64,000 bases of DNA from an uncultured Gemmatimonadaceae bacterium (GCA_963761305.1 CAVXGK010000001.1:1120001-1184000), one strand, 5' to 3'. Positions 31,288 through 40,718 are shown, counted from the first letter of the stretch. Made by a program: numbers and translations. Notes: generated by a model from the sequence alone, not told the origin.

Positions 31288-33204
31288 TTAGGCAGCGCCC
31301 ACGGTTTCCCCGGCGCGCGCCGGGCGCGGCGCGGCGCGCGCGCCCTCCTCTTCGACCAGACTCACGATCCCCGTTTCGAGCCAGGAGTGCTCGCCACGCA
31401 TCACCTGCTGCGCGACTTTGTACATCTGCGCGTCGTACTCGCCGTAGAAGTTCGCGAACAGGTGCTTCACTCGCATCTGCGCCGCTCGGCAGAAGAGATC
31501 CGCCAGCGTGATCGCCTCGCGATTCCCCTGCTTGGCGAGCATCTGTGCCCGCACGCACGTCGCCGCCATCGCGAACAGCTCGGCACCGATGTCGACGGCT
31601 CTGAACAACACGAGCTGCCGCCGCTCGAGCTTCGGCCCGAGCCGGACCATGGCGTGGAAAATCGCCCGCCCGAGCTTCCGCGTGTGGCGTTCGGCGAAGC
31701 GCATGTGCTTGGCGAGCGATCCGAAGCTCCGGAACGATCCCGGGACCTGGCCGGCGCCGATCCACCGCGCCGGATACCACGCCGGATAGAACTTCATCAC
31801 GCGCCCGAACGCGGCCGCCTTCTCGGCGCCCGACGAGTTCTTGTCCACGAGGGCGAATGCGGTCTTGAAATGATGGTCCACCGCCTCGCGGGCGATGAAC
31901 AAGCGCATGATCTCCGACGAGCCCTCGAAGATCAGGTTGATCCGCGCGTCGCGCATCGCGCGCTCGAGCGGGATCGGACGCTCGCCGCGCGCGCGCAGCG
32001 AGTCAGCCGTCTCGTAGCCGCGGCCGCCGCGGATCTGCAACGCGTCGTCGACGATGCGCCAGCCGTGCTCCGTGTTGTACATCTTGGCGATGGCGGCTTC
32101 CAACCGGATGTCGTAGTTCCCGCGCTCGGCCAGGCCGACGGTGAGTCCGGCGATCGCTTCCATCGCGAACGTGTTCGCCGCCATCATGCCGAGCTTCTGC
32201 GCGATCGCTTCGTGTTTGCCGATCGGGACGCCCCACTGCACGCGTTCCGTCGCCCACGTCCGCGACGCCTCGAGCAGCGCCTTGCATCCGCCGGCCGTGC
32301 TCGCCGGCAGCGTGAGCCGACCCGTGTTCAGCGTGACGAGCGCGATCTTGAGCCCGCGTCCTTCTTCCCAGAGGACGTTCTCGCGCGGGACGCGGACTTT
32401 ATTGAAGCGAATGACGCCGTTTTCGATGGCCTTGAGGCCCATGAAGCGGCAACGATGCACGACTTCGACGCCGGGCCACGACGCTTCGACGATGAACGCC
32501 GTGATCTGCTTGCGCGTCTTGCCTTTCACGACCGCGTCGGGAGTGCGCGCCATCACGACGAACAGCTCGGCGCGCGTGCCGTTGGTGCACCAGAGCTTTT
32601 CGCCCTCGAGGATGTAGTACTTCCCATCCGGCGTCAGCTCGGCGTGCGTATGCATGTTCGCCGGATCGGAGCCCGCGTCGACCTCGGTGAGGGCGAACGC
32701 GCTGATCGAGCCCTTGGCCAAGCGCGGGAAATACTTGGCCTTCTGCTCGTCGTTGCCGAATAATTTGAGCGGCTGCGGCAGGCCTATCGACTGGTGTGCG
32801 GAGAGCAGCGCGGTGAGCGATCCGTCCTTCGACGTCACCAGCGCCATCGCTTTCACATAACTCGAATATGAGAGTCCGAGGCCGCCGTATTCCTTCGGGA
32901 TCTTGATCCCGAACGCGCCCATGTCCCGCAGCTCCTGGACGTATTCCTCGGGAATCTCACCCGTGCGGTCGATCATGTCCGCATCGACCCGCTCGAGGAA
33001 TTCGCGCAGCGTCGTCAGGAAAGGCCCCGCGCGCGCCTCTTCGTCCGGATCGTCGGGTGGGTGCGGGTGGATCAGGTCGAGGCGAAAGCGGCCGAGGAAC
33101 ATCTCGCGCACGAAACTCGGACCCGACCATTCGCTCTCGCGCGCCGCCTCCGCAACGTCTCGTGCCTCACCCTCCGAGGCATGCGTGCTCGATTGCTGTG
33201 ACAT
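31288..33204 (-). CDS. Acyl-CoA dehydrogenase (long, FadE10/ACAD9-like)
   Basis: AFALTEVDAGSD, GEKLWCTNG, GGRGYE, RINLIFEGSSEI. Confidence 0.93.
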   Translation of the reverse strand: MSQQSSTHASEGEARDVAEAARESEWSGPSFVREMFLGRFRLDLIHPHPPDDPDEEARAGPFLTTLREFLERVDADMIDRTGEIPEEYVQELRDMGAFGIKIPKEYGGLGLSYSSYVKAMALVTSKDGSLTALLSAHQSIGLPQPLKLFGNDEQKAKYFPRLAKGSISAFALTEVDAGSDPANMHTHAELTPDGKYYILEGEKLWCTNGTRAELFVVMARTPDAVVKGKTRKQITAFIVEASWPGVEVVHRCRFMGLKAIENGVIRFNKVRVPRENVLWEEGRGLKIALVTLNTGRLTLPASTAGGCKALLEASRTWATERVQWGVPIGKHEAIAQKLGMMAANTFAMEAIAGLTVGLAERGNYDIRLEAAIAKMYNTEHGWRIVDDALQIRGGRGYETADSLRARGERPIPLERAMRDARINLIFEGSSEIMRLFIAREAVDHHFKTAFALVDKNSSGAEKAAAFGRVMKFYPAWYPARWIGAGQVPGSFRSFGSLAKHMRFAERHTRKLGRAIFHAMVRLGPKLERRQLVLFRAVDIGAELFAMAATCVRAQMLAKQGNREAITLADLFCRAAQMRVKHLFANFYGEYDAQMYKVAQQVMRGEHSWLETGIVSLVEEEGARAAPRPARAGETVGAA

Positions 33205-33296
33205 GGATGACTCACATTCGGCGAAAGCATCGCCAAGGTTGGGCTTCACGGCGATGGTGCCGTCCATGGCTTCCCACGCGATCCCCCGCCGAAATA

Positions 33297-33313
33297 TGCA
33301 ACCCGTGCGCCCA
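33297..33313 (-). promoter_or_regulatory. Possible sigma-54 promoter upstream of the acyl-CoA dehydrogenase
   Basis: Minus strand GGGCGCACGGGTTGCA fits GG-N10-GC with TTGCA at -12; the -24 element is imperfect. Confidence 0.3.
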
Positions 33314-33354
33314 AAGCGGGTCGATCAGGAAATTCGATTCGGCGACCAGTTCGC

Positions 33355-34101
33355 TCAACGTCTCGCGTCCCCGGCGCCGCGCTCGGGCAGTGGAATCGGC
33401 TCGGTTCGCGGCTCGCGTCGCTGCTTGATCACGACCCCGACGCCGACGAGCGCGATCAACGCGAACGCGAACCACTGGATGGCGTAGTTCAGATGCGGCC
33501 CCTCGTCGAGCGGCGGCGGAGTGAGGCGCGCCAATCGGTCCGGGGCCACCACCGAATCGCCGAGCATGATCACGTAGACGGGGGCGACGGGATACGGAAG
33601 CGCTCTCCGAACCGCGGCATAGCCGAGCCGCGTGATCACGTTCGGACGCGTCGGCGACATGGTGCCGTCGACCGACGGAAGCTCTTCCACGAAGCCCGCG
33701 AATACGGAATCCCGCTCGCGCCACCTGGCGAGATCGACCGTCTCACCGTCCGGCGCGTAGACCCAGCCGCGATCGACGATCACCGCCGTGTCGCGACCCG
33801 GCACGCGGATCGGCGTCAGGATGTTCACGCCGGGCGATCCCTTGTACGACCGCGATGCGTAGACGAGCTCGTGATCATAGTCGGGCGTCCCGCTGACGTG
33901 CGCGCGCCGAAATCGAAGCGACGCCGAATCGCCGGTGAGCGTCGCGATGTTGGCGTCGGACTGCTCCAGCCGCGACATCACGAGCGCGTTGCGCGCCCGA
34001 CGTTCGGCCAACCGATGAAGCTGCCAGAAGCCCAGCCGAACGAAGATCGCCGCGGAGATGAGGGCGAACGCGACGAACGCCGGAAGACGAAGCGTGTTCA
34101 A
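33355..34101 (-). CDS. SURF1 family protein
   Basis: LGFWQLHR, VDRGWV, HLNYAIQWF; TTGA overlap with the upstream stop. Confidence 0.9.
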   Translation of the reverse strand: MNTLRLPAFVAFALISAAIFVRLGFWQLHRLAERRARNALVMSRLEQSDANIATLTGDSASLRFRRAHVSGTPDYDHELVYASRSYKGSPGVNILTPIRVPGRDTAVIVDRGWVYAPDGETVDLARWRERDSVFAGFVEELPSVDGTMSPTRPNVITRLGYAAVRRALPYPVAPVYVIMLGDSVVAPDRLARLTPPPLDEGPHLNYAIQWFAFALIALVGVGVVIKQRREPRTEPIPLPERGAGDARR

Positions 34102-35579
34102 CGCACGGTGACGTCGAACACGCCGGTGAGCACGTCGTGGGCGGGTTTTACCTGCACCCACATGCGGTAGCGACCGGATTTCGGGAATTCATATGGAAGC
34201 GTGAACTCGCCGCTCATGGACATGCCGGACATCGGCTCCCGGTTCAGAACGCCGGGCTTGATCCGGCCGTGCGCGGTCGTGTCGCCGGCGTCGCGCGCGC
34301 GAAACACCTGCTGCGCGGTCGTCGACACCGTGCCCATCGGATGCAGATGGATGAAGACCGACTGGTCGTCGCGCACGATCACGGCGTGCGCGGCCATGCC
34401 GAGGTACGGGTTCAACGTCGCGGGGCGCCCAAGCTGGTCGTGAATGCTGAACGCGAGATCGACCGGTGTCTTGGCGACGAGCGACGTCGACGAATTGGAC
34501 AGCGTCATCGTGTAGCCATCGCCGAGCGACGTCGTCGCACCCGCGGCGGTGAGCTCCACGCCCGGCGTGCTCGCCCACGAGTCGTCGCTGTCCGAGGGCG
34601 CGATGGTGCCGAGCATCGCGGGCAGCGTGAGCGTGTCGGTCGCGGTGAGCGCGAGGCCGTTGTCGAGCATGATGTCGGCGAACAAGCGGTAGTTCCCGGC
34701 CGGAAGCCACGGCGCCTGCCCCACGAACACGAGCGAATCCTTTTCGATCGGATGCAGATGCGCGAACACGTCCATGTTCTGCCCGCCGACCAGAAACAGG
34801 TGCATCATCTTGCCGTGATCCGGCGCGACGGGCACGAAGATCGAGCGAAACTCGGCCGTATCGCGCAGCACCACTCTCATCGTGCGGTGTGTCGAGTCGC
34901 TGGTAATGGTGACGTTGGCGATGGGGGGACGGAACATCGTCCGCTGATAGTCGGCGTCGACTGAATTCCACCAACGCGCGCCGCCGAAAAGCAGGACGGC
35001 GAGAACCGGCACCGAGATCGCGGTGATGGCGTTCGCGCGCCGCTTGCGTGCGGCGTCGATCTCCTCGCCGGGAGGTACGAGACTCTCACCCGACGCCGCG
35101 CGCACGATCGTGACGAGACCGGCGACCAACAATCCGGTGAGCGCGAGGAGAATCGTAGCGAGTCCGGGAGAGATTCCGAGGCGGCCGGTGGCGAACGAAT
35201 CCACCGGCACGATTGCCGTGCCGTTTCCACGGCGGCCGTCGACGCGCACGTAGACGCTGTACGACCCGCGCGCCATGAGCCACACCTGCCCACTGTACAG
35301 CCGCGATTGACCGGCGACGCGTGCGATCTTGTCCGGCGACGGCGATCCGGCGACACCAGTTCGCCAGAACACCGACTGAATGCTCACGCTGTCCACGTCG
35401 TCGCTCGCCGTCCGCACGATCACTTCAGCGAGACCGGGCACGACGGACGGGGGTCGCACGATGGCGCGAATCACGTACGGACCCGCCGCGCCGTCGAACG
35501 TGACGTCCGGGCTGCCGACGTGTGCCGACGCGACGACCCACGCCGCGACGGCGAATGCGATTCCCGCCCAACGCTTCAT
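34098..35579 (-). CDS. Periplasmic, membrane-anchored His-rich metal-binding protein with PmoB/AmoB-like topology
   Basis: Signal peptide ending ASA|HVGSP, beta domain, two TM helices, C-terminal domains with DHGKMMHLF, FAHLHP, MAAHAV, FIHLHP. Confidence 0.7.
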   Translation of the reverse strand: MKRWAGIAFAVAAWVVASAHVGSPDVTFDGAAGPYVIRAIVRPPSVVPGLAEVIVRTASDDVDSVSIQSVFWRTGVAGSPSPDKIARVAGQSRLYSGQVWLMARGSYSVYVRVDGRRGNGTAIVPVDSFATGRLGISPGLATILLALTGLLVAGLVTIVRAASGESLVPPGEEIDAARKRRANAITAISVPVLAVLLFGGARWWNSVDADYQRTMFRPPIANVTITSDSTHRTMRVVLRDTAEFRSIFVPVAPDHGKMMHLFLVGGQNMDVFAHLHPIEKDSLVFVGQAPWLPAGNYRLFADIMLDNGLALTATDTLTLPAMLGTIAPSDSDDSWASTPGVELTAAGATTSLGDGYTMTLSNSSTSLVAKTPVDLAFSIHDQLGRPATLNPYLGMAAHAVIVRDDQSVFIHLHPMGTVSTTAQQVFRARDAGDTTAHGRIKPGVLNREPMSGMSMSGEFTLPYEFPKSGRYRMWVQVKPAHDVLTGVFDVTVR

Positions 35580-36694
35580 CTGCGGACTCTGGTCATCCAG
35601 CGTCCGCGCGCCAGACCGATGGCGCTCGTGGCGGTGGCGATGCCGACGGCGATCAACATCTGCACCGGAAACGGCCACGATCCGGCCGGCGGCGGATCGA
35701 ACCGGCGAGTCATCGCCTCGTACGACGGCGCCATGAAGTAAACGAAGTTGTCGGCGTTGAAGAGCGGTCCGCGCGCGACGGGATTCGTCACCAGGAACGT
35801 CGCGAACGGCCACTGCACCGCGGTGAATGCCAGCACGAACACGACGCCGACGATCGGCGCCAGCTGGAGCGTGGAGAGCCGTTTGTCGAGACGATGCAGG
35901 ACGAGGTCGACGCAGAATGCCGGCACGATGAGCAGCAGCGGGAACGACAGCGCCACCATGTGCGTGACGTGCTGGTAGATCGGGCCCAGCTTGGGCGTCG
36001 CCGGGAATTGCTCGATCAGCCACATCAGCACGAGCATGATGGCCGTGTAGAACGCCGCGGCGGCGGTGGCCGGCCAACGCAGGTTGATCGCGCGCGCCAT
36101 CGCGCCGATGGCGAGAGGGAAGACGAGCGCCGTCACCTGATAGAAAGACGGGCTGTGCATCATGCGCCGTTCGCTGAACTCGGTGAGAAACAGCGCGGCG
36201 TTCATGATTACCAGGCCGCCCGTCGCGGCGAGCAGCCAGGCGAGACGTCCGCGCGCCTCCGGCGCGGCGCGATTCTGCTGGGCGAGCGTGAGCAGCACGG
36301 CGCCCAGGCAGATCGAGAAAATGCCGAGCGCGAGAACGGCGTGCGGTGGACTCACGATCTTGACGTCGAGGCCGTAGGCATTGTGCCACCAGTTGTCGAA
36401 CGGCGCCGACGTGAGCATCGCGCCGCAGCCCCAGATGCAGAGCCACGCGCCGAGCGGGCCGCGGAAACCCCAGAAGTGCACGGACGCCGCGCGCTCGGCG
36501 TCCGTCCCGGCGAACGTGGTGTGGAGCACGACCCAGCCGGAGCTCAGTCCGGCGAGCAACCCGCCGGCCTGGATCAGCAGGTGGGCGGGCGTCCAGAACG
36601 TGTCCCGCCCGATCGACATGTGCCACGAGATGTCCCAGTACACGCCGGCCATGACGCAGAAGGCGGCGAAGGCGACCGTATAAGCGTGCTTCAT
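35576..36694 (-). CDS. Polytopic membrane protein: PmoC/AmoC-like N-half and PmoA/AmoA-like C-half (putative)
   Basis: DISWHMSIGRDTFWTPAH and DNWWHNAYGLDVKIVSPPH; FPLA...LRWPAT, FPLLLIVPAFCVDLVL, AFTAVQWP. Confidence 0.7.
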   Translation of the reverse strand: MKHAYTVAFAAFCVMAGVYWDISWHMSIGRDTFWTPAHLLIQAGGLLAGLSSGWVVLHTTFAGTDAERAASVHFWGFRGPLGAWLCIWGCGAMLTSAPFDNWWHNAYGLDVKIVSPPHAVLALGIFSICLGAVLLTLAQQNRAAPEARGRLAWLLAATGGLVIMNAALFLTEFSERRMMHSPSFYQVTALVFPLAIGAMARAINLRWPATAAAAFYTAIMLVLMWLIEQFPATPKLGPIYQHVTHMVALSFPLLLIVPAFCVDLVLHRLDKRLSTLQLAPIVGVVFVLAFTAVQWPFATFLVTNPVARGPLFNADNFVYFMAPSYEAMTRRFDPPPAGSWPFPVQMLIAVGIATATSAIGLARGRWMTRVRR

Positions 36695-37504
36695 TTAGAA
36701 GAGACTCATCTGTTCGCCGAGCTGCTCGGGTTCCACCGCGGCCTGCCCGAACAGCCGCTGGAGATCCCGCGCTGACTCCGGCGAGTGCCCGGCGAAGTGG
36801 TTGTTGACGTATCCGTAAACCTCGCGACCCTGTTCCGCGTACGGCCAGAGCGCCTGCGTCCACGCCTCGAGCTCGCGCCGCCGGTCGACCTGGATGCGCG
36901 AGTAGTCGACGATGCCCTGGTCCGGCCCCATCCACCTGATGTAGAGAAAATCGGCCGTTGGACGGGTCGCCAACTGCAGCATCTGCTTGCGCGGAATCCA
37001 GCGCCCGTCGCTCAGCGCGAGCGCGACGTGATGCTCGGCGAGCAGCGCGAGCACGCCGTCGTGGATCCAACCCCGCTGGCGGAACTCGACGGCGAACCGG
37101 ATGTCGCGCGGCAGCTTGGGCAGAAACTGGGCGAGGGCCGGCAGCTCGTTTGGCGCGAAGTCCGGTCCGAGTTGAACGAGAACCGGCCCGAGCTTGCGGC
37201 CGAGCTCGCGTGCCCGGTCGACGAACTCATCCATGAGGTCGTCGGCGTTACGGAGCCGATGCTCGTGGGTGATCTCCTGCGGGACCTTGAGGGCGAAAAT
37301 GAAGTCGTCCGGGGTCCGCTCGGCCCAGCCGCGAACCGTTTTGGCGGCCGGCGTGGCATAGAACGTCGAATCGACCTCAACCGTGTCGAAGCCCCGCGCG
37401 TAGACGGTCAAATAGTCGGCGGGGCGAGTACCTTCAGGATAGAAGGGTCCGACCCAGGCGTCGTAGTTCCAGCCTTGTGTCCCTATGCGAATTCTGCCCG
37501 GCAT
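36695..37504 (-). CDS. DUF72 (YecE-like) protein
   Basis: IGTQGWNY...W...FYP, VEVDSTFY, FALKVP, AVEFR, YIRW, YVNNHFAGHSP. Confidence 0.92.
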   Translation of the reverse strand: MPGRIRIGTQGWNYDAWVGPFYPEGTRPADYLTVYARGFDTVEVDSTFYATPAAKTVRGWAERTPDDFIFALKVPQEITHEHRLRNADDLMDEFVDRARELGRKLGPVLVQLGPDFAPNELPALAQFLPKLPRDIRFAVEFRQRGWIHDGVLALLAEHHVALALSDGRWIPRKQMLQLATRPTADFLYIRWMGPDQGIVDYSRIQVDRRRELEAWTQALWPYAEQGREVYGYVNNHFAGHSPESARDLQRLFGQAAVEPEQLGEQMSLF

Positions 37505-37651
37505 ACGAGGAATCGGCACGCAAGGAATGCGTGCGTCAAGGCGCGAATTCGATTGCGCACGCGACCCGGTTCCGTGATATCGTGAAAGCAGGTAGACGGT
37601 GGAGGGGTGAACGCTTTGACGGCGGGCGCCGCGAGGAGAATCAGGAGCATC

Positions 37652-38215
37652 ATGCACGCGAACGATGAGAACGACAACAGCGGACCGGCAATCGATCGAA
37701 TTGAAGGCGTGTCGGGGGCGCTGGTTGGAGCAGGGATCGGCTCGGCCGCCGGGCCGGTCGGAGCGATCATCGGCAGCGTTGCGGGGGCGATCGGTGGATG
37801 GTGGGCAGGACACGCCATCATCGAGGCGGCGCGGTCGGTGAATCACGAGGACGAGGAGCATTTTCGCGAGCACTACGATTCGCTCGCGGAACGGCCGGCG
37901 GATCGAGCATACGACGACGTGCGCGGCGTGTACTACCTCGGCCAGATCGCCAGCCATCATCCCGATTTCGCGTCCGGCGAGTTCAGGGATCTGGAGGCCG
38001 AGCTCGAGAAGGGCTGGGCGACGCACGGCACCACACACGGCTCATGGGCCAGCATGCGGGATTGCGCGGCGGCCGGTTTCAACCGCGGTCGCGCGAAGCT
38101 CGACGAGATGGCGCGTCACGCGCGAGCCGAGTGGGAGAGCCGTCGCGGCGCTTCGAGCCGGCACGCACGAATGGCGAATGGCTGCCGCTCAGGACACGAA
38201 GATCTGACGCGCTAG
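37652..38215 (+). CDS. Hypothetical protein with glycine-zipper segment
   Basis: AGGAG RBS; GALVGAGIGSAAGPVGAIIGSVAGAIGGW. Confidence 0.7.
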   Translation: MHANDENDNSGPAIDRIEGVSGALVGAGIGSAAGPVGAIIGSVAGAIGGWWAGHAIIEAARSVNHEDEEHFREHYDSLAERPADRAYDDVRGVYYLGQIASHHPDFASGEFRDLEAELEKGWATHGTTHGSWASMRDCAAAGFNRGRAKLDEMARHARAEWESRRGASSRHARMANGCRSGHEDLTR

Positions 38216-38860
38216 CACCGGGCCGATCGATCGGTTCGAACGGCCTACGCGCAATGTGATCGGGCCGTCGAAGGGCGCCCGCGACACGACCTCGACGCGC
38301 GTGCCGGGGACGATCCCCAGCTCGGCCAAGTATCTGAGCTGTCCCGGATCGCGGTCGCCGACGCGCTCGACGCGAACGCGCCGGCCTTCGTCGACGTCGG
38401 CCAGGCTCGCCAGCGACTGTTCGCGAAGGATGCCCTCGCGGGTCGGAATCGGCGCGCCGTGCGGATCGGTCGTCGGCTCGCCGATCGCGGCGGCCATCCG
38501 ATCGATCAGCTCGTCCGACGCGGCATGCTCGAGACGCTCGGCCTCCTGGTGCACTCGGTCCCAGGGGTAGTCGAGCGCTTGCGTGAGATACGCTTCGATC
38601 ACGCGATGCCGGCGAATCGTGCGGAGCGCGGCGCGTCGGCCGTCGCGCGTGAGACGCACGCCGCGATAGCGCTCGTGCGTGATGAGGCGCTGGCCGGCCA
38701 GTCGTCGCACCATGCCGCTCACCGAGGCCGGGGCGACACCCAATTCAGCGGCGATCTCGTTGGTACCGGCCGGCTCGCCCGCGCTCTCGAGCTCGAAGAT
38801 CACCTTCAGGTAGTCTTCGGCCGGTGCGGTGAGCGGCTGGCTCGCGCGCACGGCGGTCAC
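38189..38860 (-). CDS. mntR: DtxR/MntR-family metal-dependent regulator with FeoA domain
   Basis: EDYLKVIF, SVSGMVRRL, RRHRVIE, EAERLEH, DPHGAPIP. Confidence 0.9.
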   Translation of the reverse strand: MTAVRASQPLTAPAEDYLKVIFELESAGEPAGTNEIAAELGVAPASVSGMVRRLAGQRLITHERYRGVRLTRDGRRAALRTIRRHRVIEAYLTQALDYPWDRVHQEAERLEHAASDELIDRMAAAIGEPTTDPHGAPIPTREGILREQSLASLADVDEGRRVRVERVGDRDPGQLRYLAELGIVPGTRVEVVSRAPFDGPITLRVGRSNRSIGPVLARQIFVS

Positions 38861-39327
38861 AGCGGCTTCTCTGGTGGAGCGATCGGGTTCTCGCGCGGCG
38901 TTCGGCGTTCGCCGCGCACGAGCAGCACGGGCACGCGTGAGCGGTGACGTACTTCGTTCGCCACGCTGCCGTAGATGATGTCCTTGATGAATCGATGGCC
39001 GTGCGTCGACATCGCGATCAGGTCGCACGACTCGCGCGCCGCGGCGGCCGAGATCTCGCTCGCCGGATCGCCCGCGGCGAGGACGCAGTCGGCGGGCAGC
39101 CCGCTCGCGTTCAGGGCGGCGCACTGAGCCTCGATGTACTCGCGGTCCAGCCGCATCTCTTCCGATTCGCGCAGATGGAGCTGCTTCACGTTGCGCGCGG
39201 CCCATCCGTCGGCGACGTGGATGAGCACGAGCGACGCACCGCAGAACCGCGCCAGCGCGGACACGTGCTCGAGAATCGCCGAGTCGTAGTCGGAGTGCTC
39301 GAGCGGAACGAGGATGCGCTTGTACAT
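38857..39327 (-). CDS. Universal stress protein
   Basis: [24 protein letters not shown]...VPVLLV. Confidence 0.92.
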   Translation of the reverse strand: MYKRILVPLEHSDYDSAILEHVSALARFCGASLVLIHVADGWAARNVKQLHLRESEEMRLDREYIEAQCAALNASGLPADCVLAAGDPASEISAAAARESCDLIAMSTHGHRFIKDIIYGSVANEVRHRSRVPVLLVRGERRTPRENPIAPPEKPL

Positions 39328-40718
39328 CAGCCGATCCCCATCCACCCGCGCACGGTTTGCGCGAGCAGCCACGCGTTCAGCGCCGCGATCGTGAGGGCGG
39401 TCGTCCACGCGACGACTTTGAGCCACGACGCGTTCACGAACGCGCCCATCTTGGCGCGATCGGACGTGAACGAGACGAGCGGAAAGACGGCGAACGAGAG
39501 CTGCAGGCTCAGAATCACCTGGCTGAGGATGAGCAACCGTGCGGTGCCGCTGGCGCCGTAGAAAATGGCGACGATGGCGGCCGGGACAATGGCGATCGCG
39601 CGCGTGATCAGCCGGCGCAGCCAGGGACGCAGCCGGATGTTGAGGAAGCCCTCCATCACGATCTGGCCGGCGAGCGTACCGGTGAGGGTCGAGTTCTGTC
39701 CCGACGCCAGGAGCGCCAGCGCGAACGCCGTGCTCGCGCCGGCGCCGAGGAGCGGCGTGAGCAGCTTGTACGCGTCCTGGATTTCGGCGACCTCGGCGTG
39801 GCCCGACGTATGGAACGTGGCCGCGGCCACGACGAGAATGGCCGCGTTGACGAAGAAGGCGAAGCTCAGCGCGATCGTCGAATCGAGAAACGCGAAGCGC
39901 ACCGCTTCGCGCCGCCCTTCGCTCGTCTCGGCGTAGCGCCGCGTCTGCACGATCGACGAATGCAGATAGAGGTTGTGCGGCATGACGGTCGCGCCGAGGA
40001 TGCCGATGGCGATGTAGAGCATCTCGGGGTCGCGGATGATGGCGGTGCTCGGCACGAACCCCTTCGCCAGTTGGCCGACGTTCGGATGCGCCAGAATGAT
40101 CTCGAACATGAAGCACAGGCCGACCGACGCAATGAGCGTGATCACCAGCGCCTCGAGCACGCGCACGCCACGATTCTGGAGCGCGAGCAGCAGCAGCACG
40201 TCGAAGCCGGTGACGAGCACGCCCACGACGATCGGCAGATGAAACAGCAGATTGAGCGCGATCGCCGAGCCGATGACTTCGGCGAGATCGCACGCGGCGA
40301 TGGCGATCTCGCAGAGGATCCAGAGCGCGGTGGCCGTGGGCTTCGAGTAGTGATCGCGGCAGGCCTGCGCGAGATCTCGGCCCGTCACGATGCCGAGCTT
40401 GGAGGCGAGCCCCTGGAGCAGCACGGCCATGATGTTCGACAGGAGCACGACACTCAGAAGCGTGTAGCCGAAGCGCGACCCGCCGGCGAGGTCGGTGGCC
40501 CAGTTGCCGGGATCCATGTACCCGACGGCGACGAGATACCCGGGTCCGGCGAACGCGAGGAGCTTGCCGAAGAACGAACGCGCGTCGATGGGGACGCTGC
40601 GGTAGACCTCCTGGAGGCTTGGCGCGACGCGCGAACGACGCCAGCCCTGCTCGGAATCGGAGTCCGGGGGCGGCTGATCGTCCTGTGGATCGGGGCGTAG
40701 GAGGCGAGGGAGAACCAA
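39327..40718 (-). CDS. mntH: Nramp Mn2+/Fe2+ transporter
   Basis: [42 protein letters not shown]. Confidence 0.95.
   Translation of the reverse strand: MVLPRLLRPDPQDDQPPPDSDSEQGWRRSRVAPSLQEVYRSVPIDARSFFGKLLAFAGPGYLVAVGYMDPGNWATDLAGGSRFGYTLLSVVLLSNIMAVLLQGLASKLGIVTGRDLAQACRDHYSKPTATALWILCEIAIAACDLAEVIGSAIALNLLFHLPIVVGVLVTGFDVLLLLALQNRGVRVLEALVITLIASVGLCFMFEIILAHPNVGQLAKGFVPSTAIIRDPEMLYIAIGILGATVMPHNLYLHSSIVQTRRYAETSEGRREAVRFAFLDSTIALSFAFFVNAAILVVAAATFHTSGHAEVAEIQDAYKLLTPLLGAGASTAFALALLASGQNSTLTGTLAGQIVMEGFLNIRLRPWLRRLITRAIAIVPAAIVAIFYGASGTARLLILSQVILSLQLSFAVFPLVSFTSDRAKMGAFVNASWLKVVAWTTALTIAALNAWLLAQTVRGWMGIG

Noticed and set aside
35576..36694. Calling the locus bona fide pmoCAB/amoCAB (methane or ammonia oxidation)
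   Set aside because: The PmoA DWDFW motif and the PmoB HxH are absent and overall similarity is remote, so no substrate can be assigned.
34098..37070. 990-aa ORF as a single protein
   Set aside because: The N-terminal ~497 aa overlap real genes in another frame; the true start is ATG 35579 with a signal peptide.
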